A stretch of 64,000 nt of DNA, taken from a virus. The notes under the pieces were generated by a model. The model saw nothing but the letters and a program-made list of their open reading frames with translations, did no database searches and was not told where the DNA came from. The DNA lies in IMG/VR virus record IMGVR_UViG_3300018890_000002, positions 1 through 64,000 of that record; one strand, given 5' to 3'. The translations under genes were made by a program, and so were the position numbers. How positions within the stretch are numbered: position 1 is the first letter of the stretch; each line of letters opens with the position of its first letter. Of the stretch, positions 1-10,691 are shown piece after piece.

Positions 1-3000
1 AGATCATCGAATCTAGCTTTACTTTCAGCTTTAGCTATTTCTACTGGATTATTAGACCTTTGAGATTTCAAGTCTAACTCTAAGGATTCTAGTTCAGCTT
101 TAGCTTTAATTACTTGAGGAGCAGTTTCCTTATAAAGACTAACCAATCTAGTAAGTTCAATTCGTTTATTTTTAATATTTTCTTCAGTAGTATTAATATT
201 GAGTTGATTAATCTCTTTGATATAATCAGCTTCTAAGACTAAGCCATATCTCTTTTGTTGTTCAAGAGCATTAGTCTCCATAGTAAGAAGATTAATTCGT
301 TGCTCACTAGCAGCTTTTTCATATCCAATAAGAGTTTCGGTTAAATCCTTATAAGCAGCAGGAGTAACTTTACCTTTCATTTGGTCATAAACGTTCTCAA
401 ATTTCTTAGCTATTTCCTCACTTGTAGCTTCTCCACTTTCTGCTACTGCATTAAGAGATTCTACAAATGCACCAATATTAGACTCAAACTTATTAAGGTC
501 AATTGAGTCTGCTGTAAGAGCTTTTTCTGTCTCTATTCCAATCTCTTTGAGAGCTACTAATATTTCATCTTTGTTTTTACCCGTAACAGCTAACTTCAAC
601 TTTTCTAATTGTTCTGGCTCAAGTTCACTTTCTACCCTACCTAATGTTTTTAACCCTTCAGTGAGGTCTAACGTACCTTCTAAAGCGTCTTTAGTAAATT
701 CTTGAACTGCTCCTGTGACAAACTTATTCACACCCTTAAAAGACGCATCTAGAGCATTATTAAAAGTCTGTAAATCCGTTTCAGCTAACCTAAGAGATTT
801 CTTAAGTGAAGTTGAGAAAGTAGTAGCACCAATATCATCTTTTGTAGTAGATAAGAATTGTCTTTTCTTTTCTTGATATTTATCAGATAAAGTAGAGAAA
901 TCAGCTAAGTCTTTTTCTAAGTCTTTAAGGTTTATTAGTTTAAGTTCACCTTCAGAAGCTTCATAACCAGATTTCATTTTATCCGCTAGAGTTTTGAGAT
1001 CTTTAGGAATTTCTACTCCTGCGGTAGTTAAAGCATCTCTAGTCTCTTTAAGATTTAAGACTTGTTCTAGTGAGTATTTCTTACCATCAACTTCTTTACC
1101 TTTAAGAGCATCTTGAATAGACTTAAGGACTGTATCTGGTAATTGGCTAACAGCTTTACCATCTTCATTTACTTTATAAATTTCTCCACCAAGAGACTTA
1201 ATAGAAGCTTTTACACTTAAACTTCCATCTTTTAAATCGGTTAGGAATTGTTTAGACTTAACTGAAGAATCTTTAATAGAAGAGGAATAAATATCTAACC
1301 CTTCACTAATATTCTTATTTAGGCTAGTCTGAGAGCTATCTACTTGACTTTGAAGAGACTTAATTTCTTCTAAAGAGACTTGTTCATTACTAAACTTATT
1401 CTCTCTATCTAATAATAGATTACGAGCTTCATAATATTTAAGTTGGTCATCAAATTGCTTTTTACTTACTTCTATTACTTTTTCACGTCTTGTGATTTCA
1501 GCTTCAAGAATAGATATCTGAGCTTTATCTCTATCGTTTAATTTATCACCTTTACCTTTTAACTCTTCTAGTTCCTTCTTTTGAATCTCTGTCATTGTAG
1601 TGAAAGATTCAATTCTAGTGGTATTAGCAGCTTTCTCACGCTCTAAATCCTCACCAGTAAGAATCATTTTAGCTTTGATCTTTTGGTTAGAAGTTTCAGT
1701 TAATAAGTTACCTTTCTCTAATTCTTTATTTTGTCCTCTGAGACTTATCTCGTACCCTTGAATAAAATCAGATACTTGAGACATTTTCTGAGTTCTTTTG
1801 ATAAACTCTGCGTCTGAAAATCCAGTAAAAATAGCAGAAATTCTCTGTCCAATATTTTGGAAAGCTGAGTCTAATAATTTAAAACCAGGAATATTGTTTA
1901 GGAAAGATTTAGTAGCTTCATCAAGAGAAGTAAGTGATTTGAAAGCATTACCAATAGCACTTCCAATAGACTCAAAGATGCCAGGTTCTAGTTCTCCAAA
2001 TAACTTTTTGGAAGCTTCAATTCTGTCATTAAACTTATTAAGACCTTGAACTCCATTATCAAATGAGATATTGGCTCTATCAAATTTAGTAGCAGAGTCT
2101 TCTAATGTTTTATTGAATTCCTTATATATCTTGTCTACTTTATCTGACTCCCCTTTCATTTGGAAAAGTTTAGTAGTAAGACCAATAACTGCTCCTATGA
2201 GTAAACCAATCCCAGTAGAGATAAAAGCAGCTTTAATTGATTCCCCTAAGAGTTTAGCTCCTATTGCCATTTCTGCAAATTTAGTTTTGGCAACAGTAGA
2301 CATCTCAGTGAAACTTCTACTAGCATTAGTACCTAATTGTCCAATATTACTTCTAAGGTCAATTACTTTATTTCTTAAACCTTCTTGAAGTCCAGTAAGA
2401 GATTCAACTGGTTCTGTAATTCCCTTAAGAGTTTTAGCAATACCTTCATTAGTAGCAATTAAAGCTCTATTGATAGCAGTATTTTTAACAGCTACATTAC
2501 CAGACCTAGTTCTCATCTCAATTAAAGAACCTTCTGCTAAACCCTGCTCTCTAGTTAACTGTCTTAGTTTAGTCCTAGATTCAAAATCAGCTTTATTATA
2601 AGCTTGTTGTGCTGTTTGTTGAGTAGCTCTAGCTTTTTGAAGAGTAGATTGTTGAGTAGCTTCTTGAAACTGTAATTGATTTACTTTAGCTAATTGTTGT
2701 TGATATTCTTTACTATCCTTATTTCTAATTTTGTCTAAAGTAGCTTGTTCATTCCTTAGAGCATTCTGAATTGTATAAAGCTTTTCTTGTTGACCAGTAG
2801 TAGCAATATTAACTCTATCTAAAGTGTTTTTCTTAGTATTTAGATCTTGTTGAAGAACAGCTAAATCAGTAGTAGTTTTAGTAACTCTATTGAGCTTTTC
2901 TTGCTGTTCAACTTTAGCTTTATTTAGTTTCTCAGTTTCTCTATCAACTATATTGTTAGCTTGTTGTAACTTCTGTCTTTGAGTTAAAAGAACTAATTCT

Positions 3001-5447
3001 TCTTGAGTAATTCTAGAAGATAAATTGTCACGAGTATTAGTTAGCTTTCCTTTTTGATCATCAGTTAAAGGAGTTCTATCTTTGTTCTTTTCTCTATCTA
3101 TTAATTGCTTTTCTCTTGCACTTATATTTGATAAAGCTTCTCTATCTCTGTCAGATTTATTAGCTTTATTATTTAGTATTTCTCTCTGTTTTTGTAGAGA
3201 ATTTAGTTGATCAAGAGTAGTTTTGTTATATGTATCTTGAAGTCTTAGTTTCTCAGAGTTTAGATCTTTAAGCTGTTTATGTTCTTCCTTACCAATATTA
3301 CCTTGTTTAATTAAAGATTCTTGAGCAGCTATTTCTTTTAATCTACTAGACCTTTTAATATTTTCTTCATCATCTTTAAGAGAATTAGAAATATCTTGTC
3401 TAAGAGTTTTGAGATTAGCTAAAGTTTTCTGAGTAGAAGATACTTCAGTTTGTTGAGTATTTCTATTATCAGTTTTCTTAGTTAAAGACTCTTGAACTTT
3501 AGTTACTTGCTGTTGACCTTTAATAATAGATTGATCTCTAGCAACAATTGCGTCTATCTCTTTTTGGACAGCAGTAATAGAAGTTAGTCTCTCAGCAGCA
3601 GTTTTACCAATAGAGCTAGTAAGTCTTTTCTCTAATTCAGTAGAACCTTTAATAGCTTCATTAATTCTGTTTTGACTTAAGAGTTTCTGTTGGTCTAATC
3701 CTAATATCTGCTTACCAATAGATAAAAGACCTTGATTAGATTGATAAAGTTCTTTTACTACTGAACCTTCTTTTTTTAAGTCTTTGAAGCCATTAGTTAT
3801 TCCACCTAAGATTAATCCAAATGCTCTAAAGCTAAGAATAGTACCAGTAATACTAATCAACATTTTAGATAAAGCACCAATAGTACCAGTTACTTTATTG
3901 ACATTATCAAAGAAAGTAACCATAGTCTTAGCCATAGTAATTAACGGATCTTTAAATTTAACTAAAGCTTCCTTATACCATTCAATAGACTTTACCCCTT
4001 CTTCACTTCTAGCTTGGAATGCTTTACCAAACGAAATCATAATCTCATCATAAGAGTTAGTGATTTGTTCCATTTTGGCTTGAGAGGAAGACGTAGCAGA
4101 ATCAAAAGCTTCATTAAGATTCTCAGAAGTAACTTTACTAATATCTTCAATTGATTTCTTAGCTAAGTTCCCATTTTGAGCAAGAACCTTCATTACAAAA
4201 CCAAATGCGTTAGTCTCGTTATAAACTTCTTTAATTTTCTCAGTGCTATAACCAACCGATTCAGCAAAATCAACTATACCTTGAACAATTCCCTTATCCT
4301 TAAAATATTCTTGGTTAAGCGTAATTGCTTTACCTTGAGCATCTACTAAACCTTCTAATGCTTTCTGAGCTTCAGGAGTTTTACTAATAGTGTTTCTACT
4401 AAAAGCTTCCATTTGAGTAGTAATTTCTGGAACCTTAGCACCTAACTTAGTAAATGCAACTACTAAACCTTGAGTCTGGTCTACTAGATCATTAGTACCT
4501 ACGCCAGCATTTTTAAGAGCTGAGTACATACCAGTTAAATACTCGGTCATCTCTCCTACAGTAGTTAGACCTTGTTGTTCAGTAGCCAACCATTTAGCAG
4601 TAGTAGTTTCTAATTCCTTAATATTCTTAGTTTCTAGAATTCCAGCTCCTTTACCAATAGCTCCACCAATTTGGAAGAGGTCACTTCCAGGAGCAGCTTT
4701 ATTCGCTTTAATTGCTAGGTTAACTACATCTTGGTTCTCTTGAAACTCAGTAAAACCAGCAGAAGCAGCTTGATATGCAGCATTGAGTGCAGTAAGAGAA
4801 GATACACTATTCTTTAGATTCTTTTCAATACCATTTTGTAGTGCATCTCCATATTCAGTTAGTCTTTCTTTAGATAAACCAAATACAATATTTACTTCAT
4901 TTAACTTCTGCTCAAAAGTGTTGAACGCAGCAATTGATCTAGAAGCAAACATTTCAATAGCTTCTTGATTCCCAGTGAGAACTGCTCCTATCTCATTGAA
5001 AGAGTTCATCAAAGGAGTTCCATCAAAGCCACTAGCAGCCATAACGTTAATCCCCGTTTTAGTCATAGTAAGAGAATCTAATATTTCAGATACTCCTGTT
5101 CCTACTGTTTTGAGGATACCACTACCAATTGTATAAACGTTGAGAGCATTCATAGCTCCACCTAGAAGAGTAGTAGTCTTAACTAACTTACCCATTGAAG
5201 CATTCCAGTTATTAGTCGCAGCAGTAGCTTTCCCATAATCTTTCACTAGGGAGTCAACTACGTTTGACTTAGTTTGGAAGCTCTTAGTTAACTCTTTTAA
5301 ACCCTTACTACTCTCTTTCAAACCAGTATTAAATAGCCTAAGTGATTTCTCGTTAAGCTCTTTAAATGATTTCTGAGTTTTCTCTAAGAATTGAGAGAAC
5401 TTATCATCTCCCTCAACGTTAAACTTAATATTGCTACTGGTATCCAT
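1..5447 (-). CDS. Tail tape measure protein (3' end runs off window; >1800 aa)
   Basis: ATG at 5447 (MDTSSNIKFNVEGDDKF...). Long open Ala/Gln/Lys-rich helical frame to the window edge, with a TP901-type tape-measure-like core near 3.9-5.0 kb. Lies directly after the tail chaperone genes. Absent from the ORF track because no stop falls in the window. Confidence 0.9.
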   Translation of the reverse strand, partial: MDTSSNIKFNVEGDDKFSQFLEKTQKSFKELNEKSLRLFNTGLKESSKGLKELTKSFQTKSNVVDSLVKDYGKATAATNNWNASMGKLVKTTTLLGGAMNALNVYTIGSGILKTVGTGVSEILDSLTMTKTGINVMAASGFDGTPLMNSFNEIGAVLTGNQEAIEMFASRSIAAFNTFEQKLNEVNIVFGLSKERLTEYGDALQNGIEKNLKNSVSSLTALNAAYQAASAGFTEFQENQDVVNLAIKANKAAPGSDLFQIGGAIGKGAGILETKNIKELETTTAKWLATEQQGLTTVGEMTEYLTGMYSALKNAGVGTNDLVDQTQGLVVAFTKLGAKVPEITTQMEAFSRNTISKTPEAQKALEGLVDAQGKAITLNQEYFKDKGIVQGIVDFAESVGYSTEKIKEVYNETNAFGFVMKVLAQNGNLAKKSIEDISKVTSENLNEAFDSATSSSQAKMEQITNSYDEIMISFGKAFQARSEEGVKSIEWYKEALVKFKDPLITMAKTMVTFFDNVNKVTGTIGALSKMLISITGTILSFRAFGLILGGITNGFKDLKKEGSVVKELYQSNQGLLSIGKQILGLDQQKLLSQNRINEAIKGSTELEKRLTSSIGKTAAERLTSITAVQKEIDAIVARDQSIIKGQQQVTKVQESLTKKTDNRNTQQTEVSSTQKTLANLKTLRQDISNSLKDDEENIKRSSRLKEIAAQESLIKQGNIGKEEHKQLKDLNSEKLRLQDTYNKTTLDQLNSLQKQREILNNKANKSDRDREALSNISAREKQLIDREKNKDRTPLTDDQKGKLTNTRDNLSSRITQEELVLLTQRQKLQQANNIVDRETEKLNKAKVEQQEKLNRVTKTTTDLAVLQQDLNTKKNTLDRVNIATTGQQEKLYTIQNALRNEQATLDKIRNKDSKEYQQQLAKVNQLQFQEATQQSTLQKARATQQTAQQAYNKADFESRTKLRQLTREQGLAEGSLIEMRTRSGNVAVKNTAINRALIATNEGIAKTLKGITEPVESLTGLQEGLRNKVIDLRSNIGQLGTNASRSFTEMSTVAKTKFAEMAIGAKLLGESIKAAFISTGIGLLIGAVIGLTTKLFQMKGESDKVDKIYKEFNKTLEDSATKFDRANISFDNGVQGLNKFNDRIEASKKLFGELEPGIFESIGSAIGNAFKSLTSLDEATKSFLNNIPGFKLLDSAFQNIGQRISAIFTGFSDAEFIKRTQKMSQVSDFIQGYEISLRGQNKELEKGNLLTETSNQKIKAKMILTGEDLEREKAANTTRIESFTTMTEIQKKELEELKGKGDKLNDRDKAQISILEAEITRREKVIEVSKKQFDDQLKYYEARNLLLDRENKFSNEQVSLEEIKSLQSQVDSSQTSLNKNISEGLDIYSSSIKDSSVKSKQFLTDLKDGSLSVKASIKSLGGEIYKVNEDGKAVSQLPDTVLKSIQDALKGKEVDGKKYSLEQVLNLKETRDALTTAGVEIPKDLKTLADKMKSGYEASEGELKLINLKDLEKDLADFSTLSDKYQEKKRQFLSTTKDDIGATTFSTSLKKSLRLAETDLQTFNNALDASFKGVNKFVTGAVQEFTKDALEGTLDLTEGLKTLGRVESELEPEQLEKLKLAVTGKNKDEILVALKEIGIETEKALTADSIDLNKFESNIGAFVESLNAVAESGEATSEEIAKKFENVYDQMKGKVTPAAYKDLTETLIGYEKAASEQRINLLTMETNALEQQKRYGLVLEADYIKEINQLNINTTEENIKNKRIELTRLVSLYKETAPQVIKAKAELESLELDLKSQRSNNPVEIAKAESKARFDD

Positions 5448-5449
5448 AA

Positions 5450-5766
5450 TTAATTACTTTCAAATCTAAAATTCATAAAATCATTAGCTGATACTTCTTT
5501 ACCATTAGGGCTTAGTACCATACTAGAATCACCTTTCTCTTTCTTAAACTTCTCACCTAACTCAATAGCAAACTCTCTATTCCTTTCTTCTTGAGGTCTA
5601 TGATGTTCTAATGTCTGACCAATCAGCAAATCAAGAGAAATATTATCTAGTTTCTCCCATAAATCAGTTATAGGATTGATAGGGTATTCCTTATATATCT
5701 CTAATAAAAATGCTAACTGGTCAATTGAACTATCTCCAGATGAAGGAAGAGGAGCGCTTAACTTTT
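5450..5766 (-). CDS. Tail assembly chaperone, -1 frameshift extension (gpT-like)
   Basis: Open -1 frame KLSAPLPSSGDSSIDQLAFLLEIYKEYP...FRFESN* with no upstream ATG. It begins at GAAAAAAG just before the chaperone stop and ends just before the tape measure ATG. Confidence 0.75.
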
Positions 5767-6228
5767 TTCTATTTCCTTCACTAGATTTTCCTTCTTCTCC
5801 TGGTGCTTTTTTACTGACTCTCTTAGATAAAATCCAAAGTCTAATTTATGTAAATCTGCTATTAGTGAAGGTTTCCATCCATCATCTATTTGATATTCAC
5901 CTTTCTCATCCATACTTTGAGTTAGGAATATCTGACAAATCTGCTCTAAATCATCTGCAATTTCTTCTAAGTCAAATCCTTTCTCTTTTTGACCTACAAT
6001 GTTCAAATTAGCAGCTAAAGTCTTTAATATTCCCCAAGTTTCATTGTTCCTAATTAGTTCACCAATATTAGTATCAACATCAATGAATTTAAGTAATATC
6101 TCTTGTTGTAATTGAACTATAATATCTAACTCAGATCTAACTACTCGCTGAACAATATAAACTTTCTCTACCTCATAAGAGTCTTTTTCGCTATTATAAG
6201 ATTGTACTTTGATTTTGAAATTCTTCAT
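5758..6228 (-). CDS. Tail assembly chaperone (gpG-like)
   Basis: Acidic ~156 aa ORF upstream of tape measure, ending in an A-run; start MKNFK at 6228 preferred. Confidence 0.75.
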   Translation of the reverse strand: MKNFKIKVQSYNSEKDSYEVEKVYIVQRVVRSELDIIVQLQQEILLKFIDVDTNIGELIRNNETWGILKTLAANLNIVGQKEKGFDLEEIADDLEQICQIFLTQSMDEKGEYQIDDGWKPSLIADLHKLDFGFYLRESVKKHQEKKENLVKEIEKS

Positions 6229-6238
6229 GGTGATTTTT

Positions 6239-6655
6239 ATGTACAATGATTCTTCTTACTTACCTTCTCATAATATAGCATCTTTACTTTTATATGCTAT
6301 AGCTACTAGATTTTTATTATTCGATTATAAAATTACTGGAATATTATGGAGAGATTTACTCTTATTAGTAAAAGAGAAATATGAGTTATCTACTAAGACT
6401 TCTACTAAAAAAGGAGAACTAATTATCTATTCTCCAGATGTTCCTCCTAATCTCTATTGGTTAGGATTGTATAAGGTACTTGAGAAGTTACTTAATTGTC
6501 CGTTCTGTAAAGGATGTTGGGGAGGCTATATTGTCTATCTCTTATTCGTATTTCAATATCATGGAATAGACTTAAGACAAATAGGAGATTTTGCTATTTT
6601 CTCTTGGTGTTGTGGATGGTTATCTTTTATATCAAATCAAAAATTAGGAGTATAA
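6239..6655 (+). CDS. Small membrane protein, DUF1360-like
   Basis: Hydrophobic segments plus LLNCPFCKGCW motif. Confidence 0.55.
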   Translation: MYNDSSYLPSHNIASLLLYAIATRFLLFDYKITGILWRDLLLLVKEKYELSTKTSTKKGELIIYSPDVPPNLYWLGLYKVLEKLLNCPFCKGCWGGYIVYLLFVFQYHGIDLRQIGDFAIFSWCCGWLSFISNQKLGV

Positions 6656-6659
6656 AATT

Positions 6660-6872
6660 ATGACTAATGAAATTCACTTATCAGAGGAAGATAGTGATGA
6701 AATAAAAACTTTCGTTCAATTAGGTCGGATAGAAGGAGGAACAGATTTGATACAAGAAATAGTACAAGAATGTATTACTCAGTCTCAAGCTCATGTGGTA
6801 GAGGCAACTATTGATTTAAGTAATAAAGAAGCTTATGTTCAGATATTAGAGGAAGAAACTAGAAATGAATAA
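6660..6872 (+). CDS. Hypothetical acidic protein
   Basis: 70 aa ORF with AGGAG RBS. Confidence 0.6.
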   Translation: MTNEIHLSEEDSDEIKTFVQLGRIEGGTDLIQEIVQECITQSQAHVVEATIDLSNKEAYVQILEEETRNE

Positions 6873-7251
6873 ATTTAGAATATTTATTGAATTTACTTAA
6901 GAACTTACCTATTTTACCTAGTTTCCTTCCTTCTAATTTAAGAGCTGCTTCAGTAGGATCACTAATAGTTTTAATTGCATTAGGAATAGCTTGAAGTCCC
7001 TTCTTAGCTCCAGCAGTAGTTTCTTTGGAGTTTTTAATCAATAAGACTCCTATTTTCTTCTTTGCTTTGGTTAGGAAAGATGATCTAGTAGATAGATTGT
7101 TACCATTAGCTTTGATTAATTTGGAAGCGTTATCAAGTTCCCTGAGATTACCTAACGTATTCTTGGGGATTTTTACTGCATTTTGAGGAGCTTGAGATAC
7201 TTGTTTCTTGACTTGTGTTCCTAAGACTTTGAGAAATGATCTTCTATCCAT
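6859..7251 (-). CDS. Basic hypothetical protein (possible internal virion protein)
   Basis: 130 aa, Lys-rich, MDRRSFLK N-terminus, on the late strand. Confidence 0.6.
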   Translation of the reverse strand: MDRRSFLKVLGTQVKKQVSQAPQNAVKIPKNTLGNLRELDNASKLIKANGNNLSTRSSFLTKAKKKIGVLLIKNSKETTAGAKKGLQAIPNAIKTISDPTEAALKLEGRKLGKIGKFLSKFNKYSKFIHF

Positions 7252-7405
7252 ATAATTAATTATTGTTTTTTCTTTTAGTATATCAATAAAATTTAAAGAG
7301 ATTATAATTTATATTTAACTAGCTATCAGATTGTGCTAATATTGAGAAAATTAAGGAGATTAAAATAATGAGTAATTACAAAGAGTATAAAAGAAAGTAA
7401 ATAAT

Positions 7406-7672
7406 ATGAGTCGAGAAGAACTGATTGGTAAAAAATTCTTAAAAGAGATAAATGCAAAAGAGGCAGATTTAATCTTAGAAGCTTTGAAACAATATGGAAA
7501 TGATGAGCTAATAGATAAATGGATTTCTGTAAAAATAATCGCTAGTGAAGCTAGAAAGATGAAAGATAATAACACAATCCTTCCTCCTAGCTATTTTACT
7601 GATAAACAAGACCCGGAAGCTACTCAACGATTGATGAATTTATCTAATGAATTAAGAAATAATAAGGAATAA
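7406..7672 (+). CDS. Hypothetical protein
   Basis: 88 aa ORF abutting the next gene. Confidence 0.6.
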   Translation: MSREELIGKKFLKEINAKEADLILEALKQYGNDELIDKWISVKIIASEARKMKDNNTILPPSYFTDKQDPEATQRLMNLSNELRNNKE

Positions 7673-7676
7673 AATT

Positions 7677-8408
7677 ATGATAGCTAGAAACTTTTCAAAT
7701 ATTCAAGACATTGAACTTACATCTTCTAGTAAAGTGACTATTACTAAGAGTTCTGAATTTAAAGTAAGAGTTTTAGGAGATGATGCAGATAAAGTAGAAA
7801 TCTCACAATCAGGAAGTACACTCACTATTAATGATTTATCAGAAAACCAAAATAGTATCTTAATAAATGGTAACAATATTATTATTGGTAATAACAATAT
7901 AGTTAGTGGAAACTTCTCTTATGGGGATATCTATATTAATGGTAAGAAAGTAAATACTTCTAACTTTGTAGAAGAAGATAAGAACCCAGTAGAGATAGAA
8001 ATTGAATGTCCTGATAATCTTTCTTTAATCGCTACTTTAAGAGGAAATGCAAGTTTAACTTCTACTCCTGAGCTTAATAAAGTCAAGATTCATGGTAATG
8101 GAGTTTGTAACGTTCAAGTCACTGCTCAAAGTGGTAAGTTTAAAGTCTCTGGGTCAGGAGATATTAATTATAAATCTTTAGGAGGAAATCTTAATGCTAG
8201 TATATCTGGTTCTAGTGAAATTAGAGCAATAGGTAAATTTAGTGATATTGATGCTAGTATATCTGGCTCAGGGGAACTAATTACTGAAGGAGAAGTGAAA
8301 GGAGATTATGATGTCAGTGTTTCAGGTTCAGGAACTATTAGACATCAAGGAATGATTTCTGGACAAAGAAGTAAATCTGTCTCTGGTTGTGCTTTAGTCT
8401 ATTGGTAG
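7677..8408 (+). CDS. GIN-domain (DUF2807-like) beta-helix protein
   Basis: Repeated ASISGSG/VSGSG beta-solenoid motifs and IYINGKK motif. Confidence 0.8.
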   Translation: MIARNFSNIQDIELTSSSKVTITKSSEFKVRVLGDDADKVEISQSGSTLTINDLSENQNSILINGNNIIIGNNNIVSGNFSYGDIYINGKKVNTSNFVEEDKNPVEIEIECPDNLSLIATLRGNASLTSTPELNKVKIHGNGVCNVQVTAQSGKFKVSGSGDINYKSLGGNLNASISGSSEIRAIGKFSDIDASISGSGELITEGEVKGDYDVSVSGSGTIRHQGMISGQRSKSVSGCALVYW

Positions 8409-8767
8409 ATGAGAAAGGGGAGAACTAACTCCCTGACTAACTAAACTATTTTGTGTTATTTTTTAGGATTCTAACCACTTTGAATTATAATTAAGAACAT
8501 TATTACTTTTTTTGCTTGATTATTAGTTTATATGCTTAAAATATTTAAAAAAGTAACAAGTTATTCCAGCAGATATCCTACTACTGTTTTTCCTTCTATG
8601 GATTTTCTAGTAGGTTCAGTACAATATTGACTGGTGGGAATGGTACTGTAAGGAGCATAAGTTAGATGTAACGACAGGTAAGAGTTTGAGAGGTAGTAGT
8701 AATAATCCTGTTCCTTCAAATTTCACATTATTCTAGTTATAATAGGTCAAGAAGCTAAGGAGTAAGT

Positions 8768-9259
8768 ATGAAGAAAGCAATTAGTTATCTATATTGAGAA
8801 ATTCTACTCAAAGTAAATGAAGAACTCAATAGATTATATAACTCTAAGTATAACGACGATCAAGAGTATAAGGAACCTATTGAGGAGTTTCGATTAAAGT
8901 ATAACGCTCTTAAATTAGATGATGTTGAAAATTTTGATGAGAGTAAATGTGAAGAATTTTATGAAGAAATTAAATATGGAGAATGGGAAGATATTGTAAG
9001 AGATATGATTTCCGAGTTTAGAGATAGTGGAGAACCTATTAATGAAAAAATTGAAGAAGATAGATATTATTGTTATAGAGAAGTAGCTAAACGTATTACT
9101 GGGTTATGTAAAGTGTTTCTAGCCTGGACTTACTATTTTGGAGGAGGTAAATATGGTGAACCTTGGGGAGTGGAATGGATGGATGATTGCTATTTAGTAA
9201 GAGTAAAGGAAGTAGAAGAAGTTAGAGTAGTTAAAATATACGAGAAAGTAGGAGAATAA
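8768..9259 (+). pseudogene. Phage hypothetical protein interrupted by in-frame TGA at 8795-8797
   Basis: AAGGAG RBS and ATG at 8768, in frame with ORF 9005..9259: MKKAISYLY*EILLKVNEEL... Confidence 0.65.
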
Positions 9260-9261
9260 TA

Positions 9262-9771
9262 ATGACATTAAATATTGAGAGTTACCGTAAAAAATTAAAT
9301 TCTATAGTAGATGAGATATATCACAATCACGAGACAGGACAAAATTATAATAAGTTAGAAAATTTAGCTTTAGGTGATTTTTATGATTTAACTTTTGAGT
9401 TATTGACTCTTTTAGAAAAAAGAAATAGTACCAATACTGATTCTACTAAAAGTAATGTTTCTCGTAGAGCTTATAAAGAATTAGTTAGTAATGGGAAGAA
9501 GATACGAGTAGGTTATGTACTACCTTTTTCTCAAATATTAGAATTTAATAATCCTAGAGATATAGCTAATTATAGTTCTTTTACTAAAAATCTCAATGTC
9601 TATTATCCTGAATTTTATGTAGAAGATTTTAGTGATAATGGATGTGTCTTTAATTTATTTAAGCCAAGTAATGACATTATAGAAATAGTAGATAAGACTA
9701 AACATAGCTATTGTGTTACTGGTTTTTTAATTGAGGATGGTAGAGCTATCTATTACGATCAGTATTTATAA
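9262..9771 (+). CDS. Hypothetical protein, YYDQY paralog family
   Basis: C-terminal GFLIEDGRAIYYDQYL matches the ORFs at 39490 and 40281. Confidence 0.7.
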   Translation: MTLNIESYRKKLNSIVDEIYHNHETGQNYNKLENLALGDFYDLTFELLTLLEKRNSTNTDSTKSNVSRRAYKELVSNGKKIRVGYVLPFSQILEFNNPRDIANYSSFTKNLNVYYPEFYVEDFSDNGCVFNLFKPSNDIIEIVDKTKHSYCVTGFLIEDGRAIYYDQYL

Positions 9772-9842
9772 TTTATAGAGAATAAAAAAGTCCAAGTAGT
9801 AAGGAGACTACCTGAACGATTATAGGGAACAAATTTTATATA

Positions 9843-9878
9843 AGAGAGGTAGATTTAATTATTTACTTCTCTTTTTTT
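9843..9878. terminator. Intrinsic terminator between convergent genes
   Basis: AGAGAGGTAGAT/ATTTACTTCTCT hairpin followed by T-run. Confidence 0.65.
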
Positions 9879-9888
9879 ATATTAAGAC

Positions 9889-10650
9889 TTAGCAGCTAAC
9901 TTTATCCGAACTTTTAATCAAAGTAAACGGTTGACATCCACCAGAGTTATAAAGCTTCAACTGTAAATCAAAAGACTCAGCAGAGAAATCAATAGAGCCA
10001 CCAGCAGCACTAGGTTTAGCATTAGGAGCATGGAAGAACCAAACGTAACCTTCACTATCAATAATTGTTGCTACTACTTCATGTCTACCAATTAGTTCAC
10101 TTCCAATTCCAAGTCCAGTGACAGTATAAGGAATGAGCATTGATACGGTTTCTTTAGCAGCTACTAGAGCAGAACTAAAAGTAACTTGTCCACCAGCACC
10201 AATAGTAAAATCAGTACCTTCAGTTAGAGCTTGAGATAATCCATCAGCTCTTTTTATTGACGCAATTGCATCTGATCCATTAATCACTGCATGACCGAGA
10301 GAAGGAGCTTGAACAGCGGGGAAAGTACCACCATTAGCCAAGTCAAAGAAAGTAGGGAGATAAAGTTCTTTAGTAGTAGTTTCAAAATAATTACCCAATC
10401 TAAATTGTAGTAACTCAGGTTGAACAACACCGTAAGAGATATTAAGTACCGGATTTTCTGCATCAATGAAAGAAGCTACTTCTACTCGTCTACCTAATTT
10501 ATTGCGACCCATAAGAACACGTTCATTCTTACCAGGTTCTACTACCATATTCATCGGAGTAGGCAAATGATAAACCAAATTATCGCTCACTCTCCTCATT
10601 TTTAATTCACCAACACCAATAAAGGTTGATTGATATTTTTCAATTGTCAT
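9889..10650 (-). CDS. Major tail (tube) protein
   Basis: 253 aa beta-rich; FIGVGELKM start and LTEGTDFTI Ig-like insert; position between neck genes and chaperone. Confidence 0.7.
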   Translation of the reverse strand: MTIEKYQSTFIGVGELKMRRVSDNLVYHLPTPMNMVVEPGKNERVLMGRNKLGRRVEVASFIDAENPVLNISYGVVQPELLQFRLGNYFETTTKELYLPTFFDLANGGTFPAVQAPSLGHAVINGSDAIASIKRADGLSQALTEGTDFTIGAGGQVTFSSALVAAKETVSMLIPYTVTGLGIGSELIGRHEVVATIIDSEGYVWFFHAPNAKPSAAGGSIDFSAESFDLQLKLYNSGGCQPFTLIKSSDKVSC

Positions 10651-10691
10651 AGTATTAATTTATTTTTTTTATTTTATAGAAGGATTATGTC

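Noticed and set aside
1798-6011. Plus-strand ORFs 1798, 2071, 3784, 4783, 5676
   Set aside because: Antisense shadows of the tape measure and chaperone genes; Ser/Leu-rich, no RBS.
6859-7251. Twin-arginine (Tat) signal MDRRSFLK
   Set aside because: No hydrophobic h-region follows.
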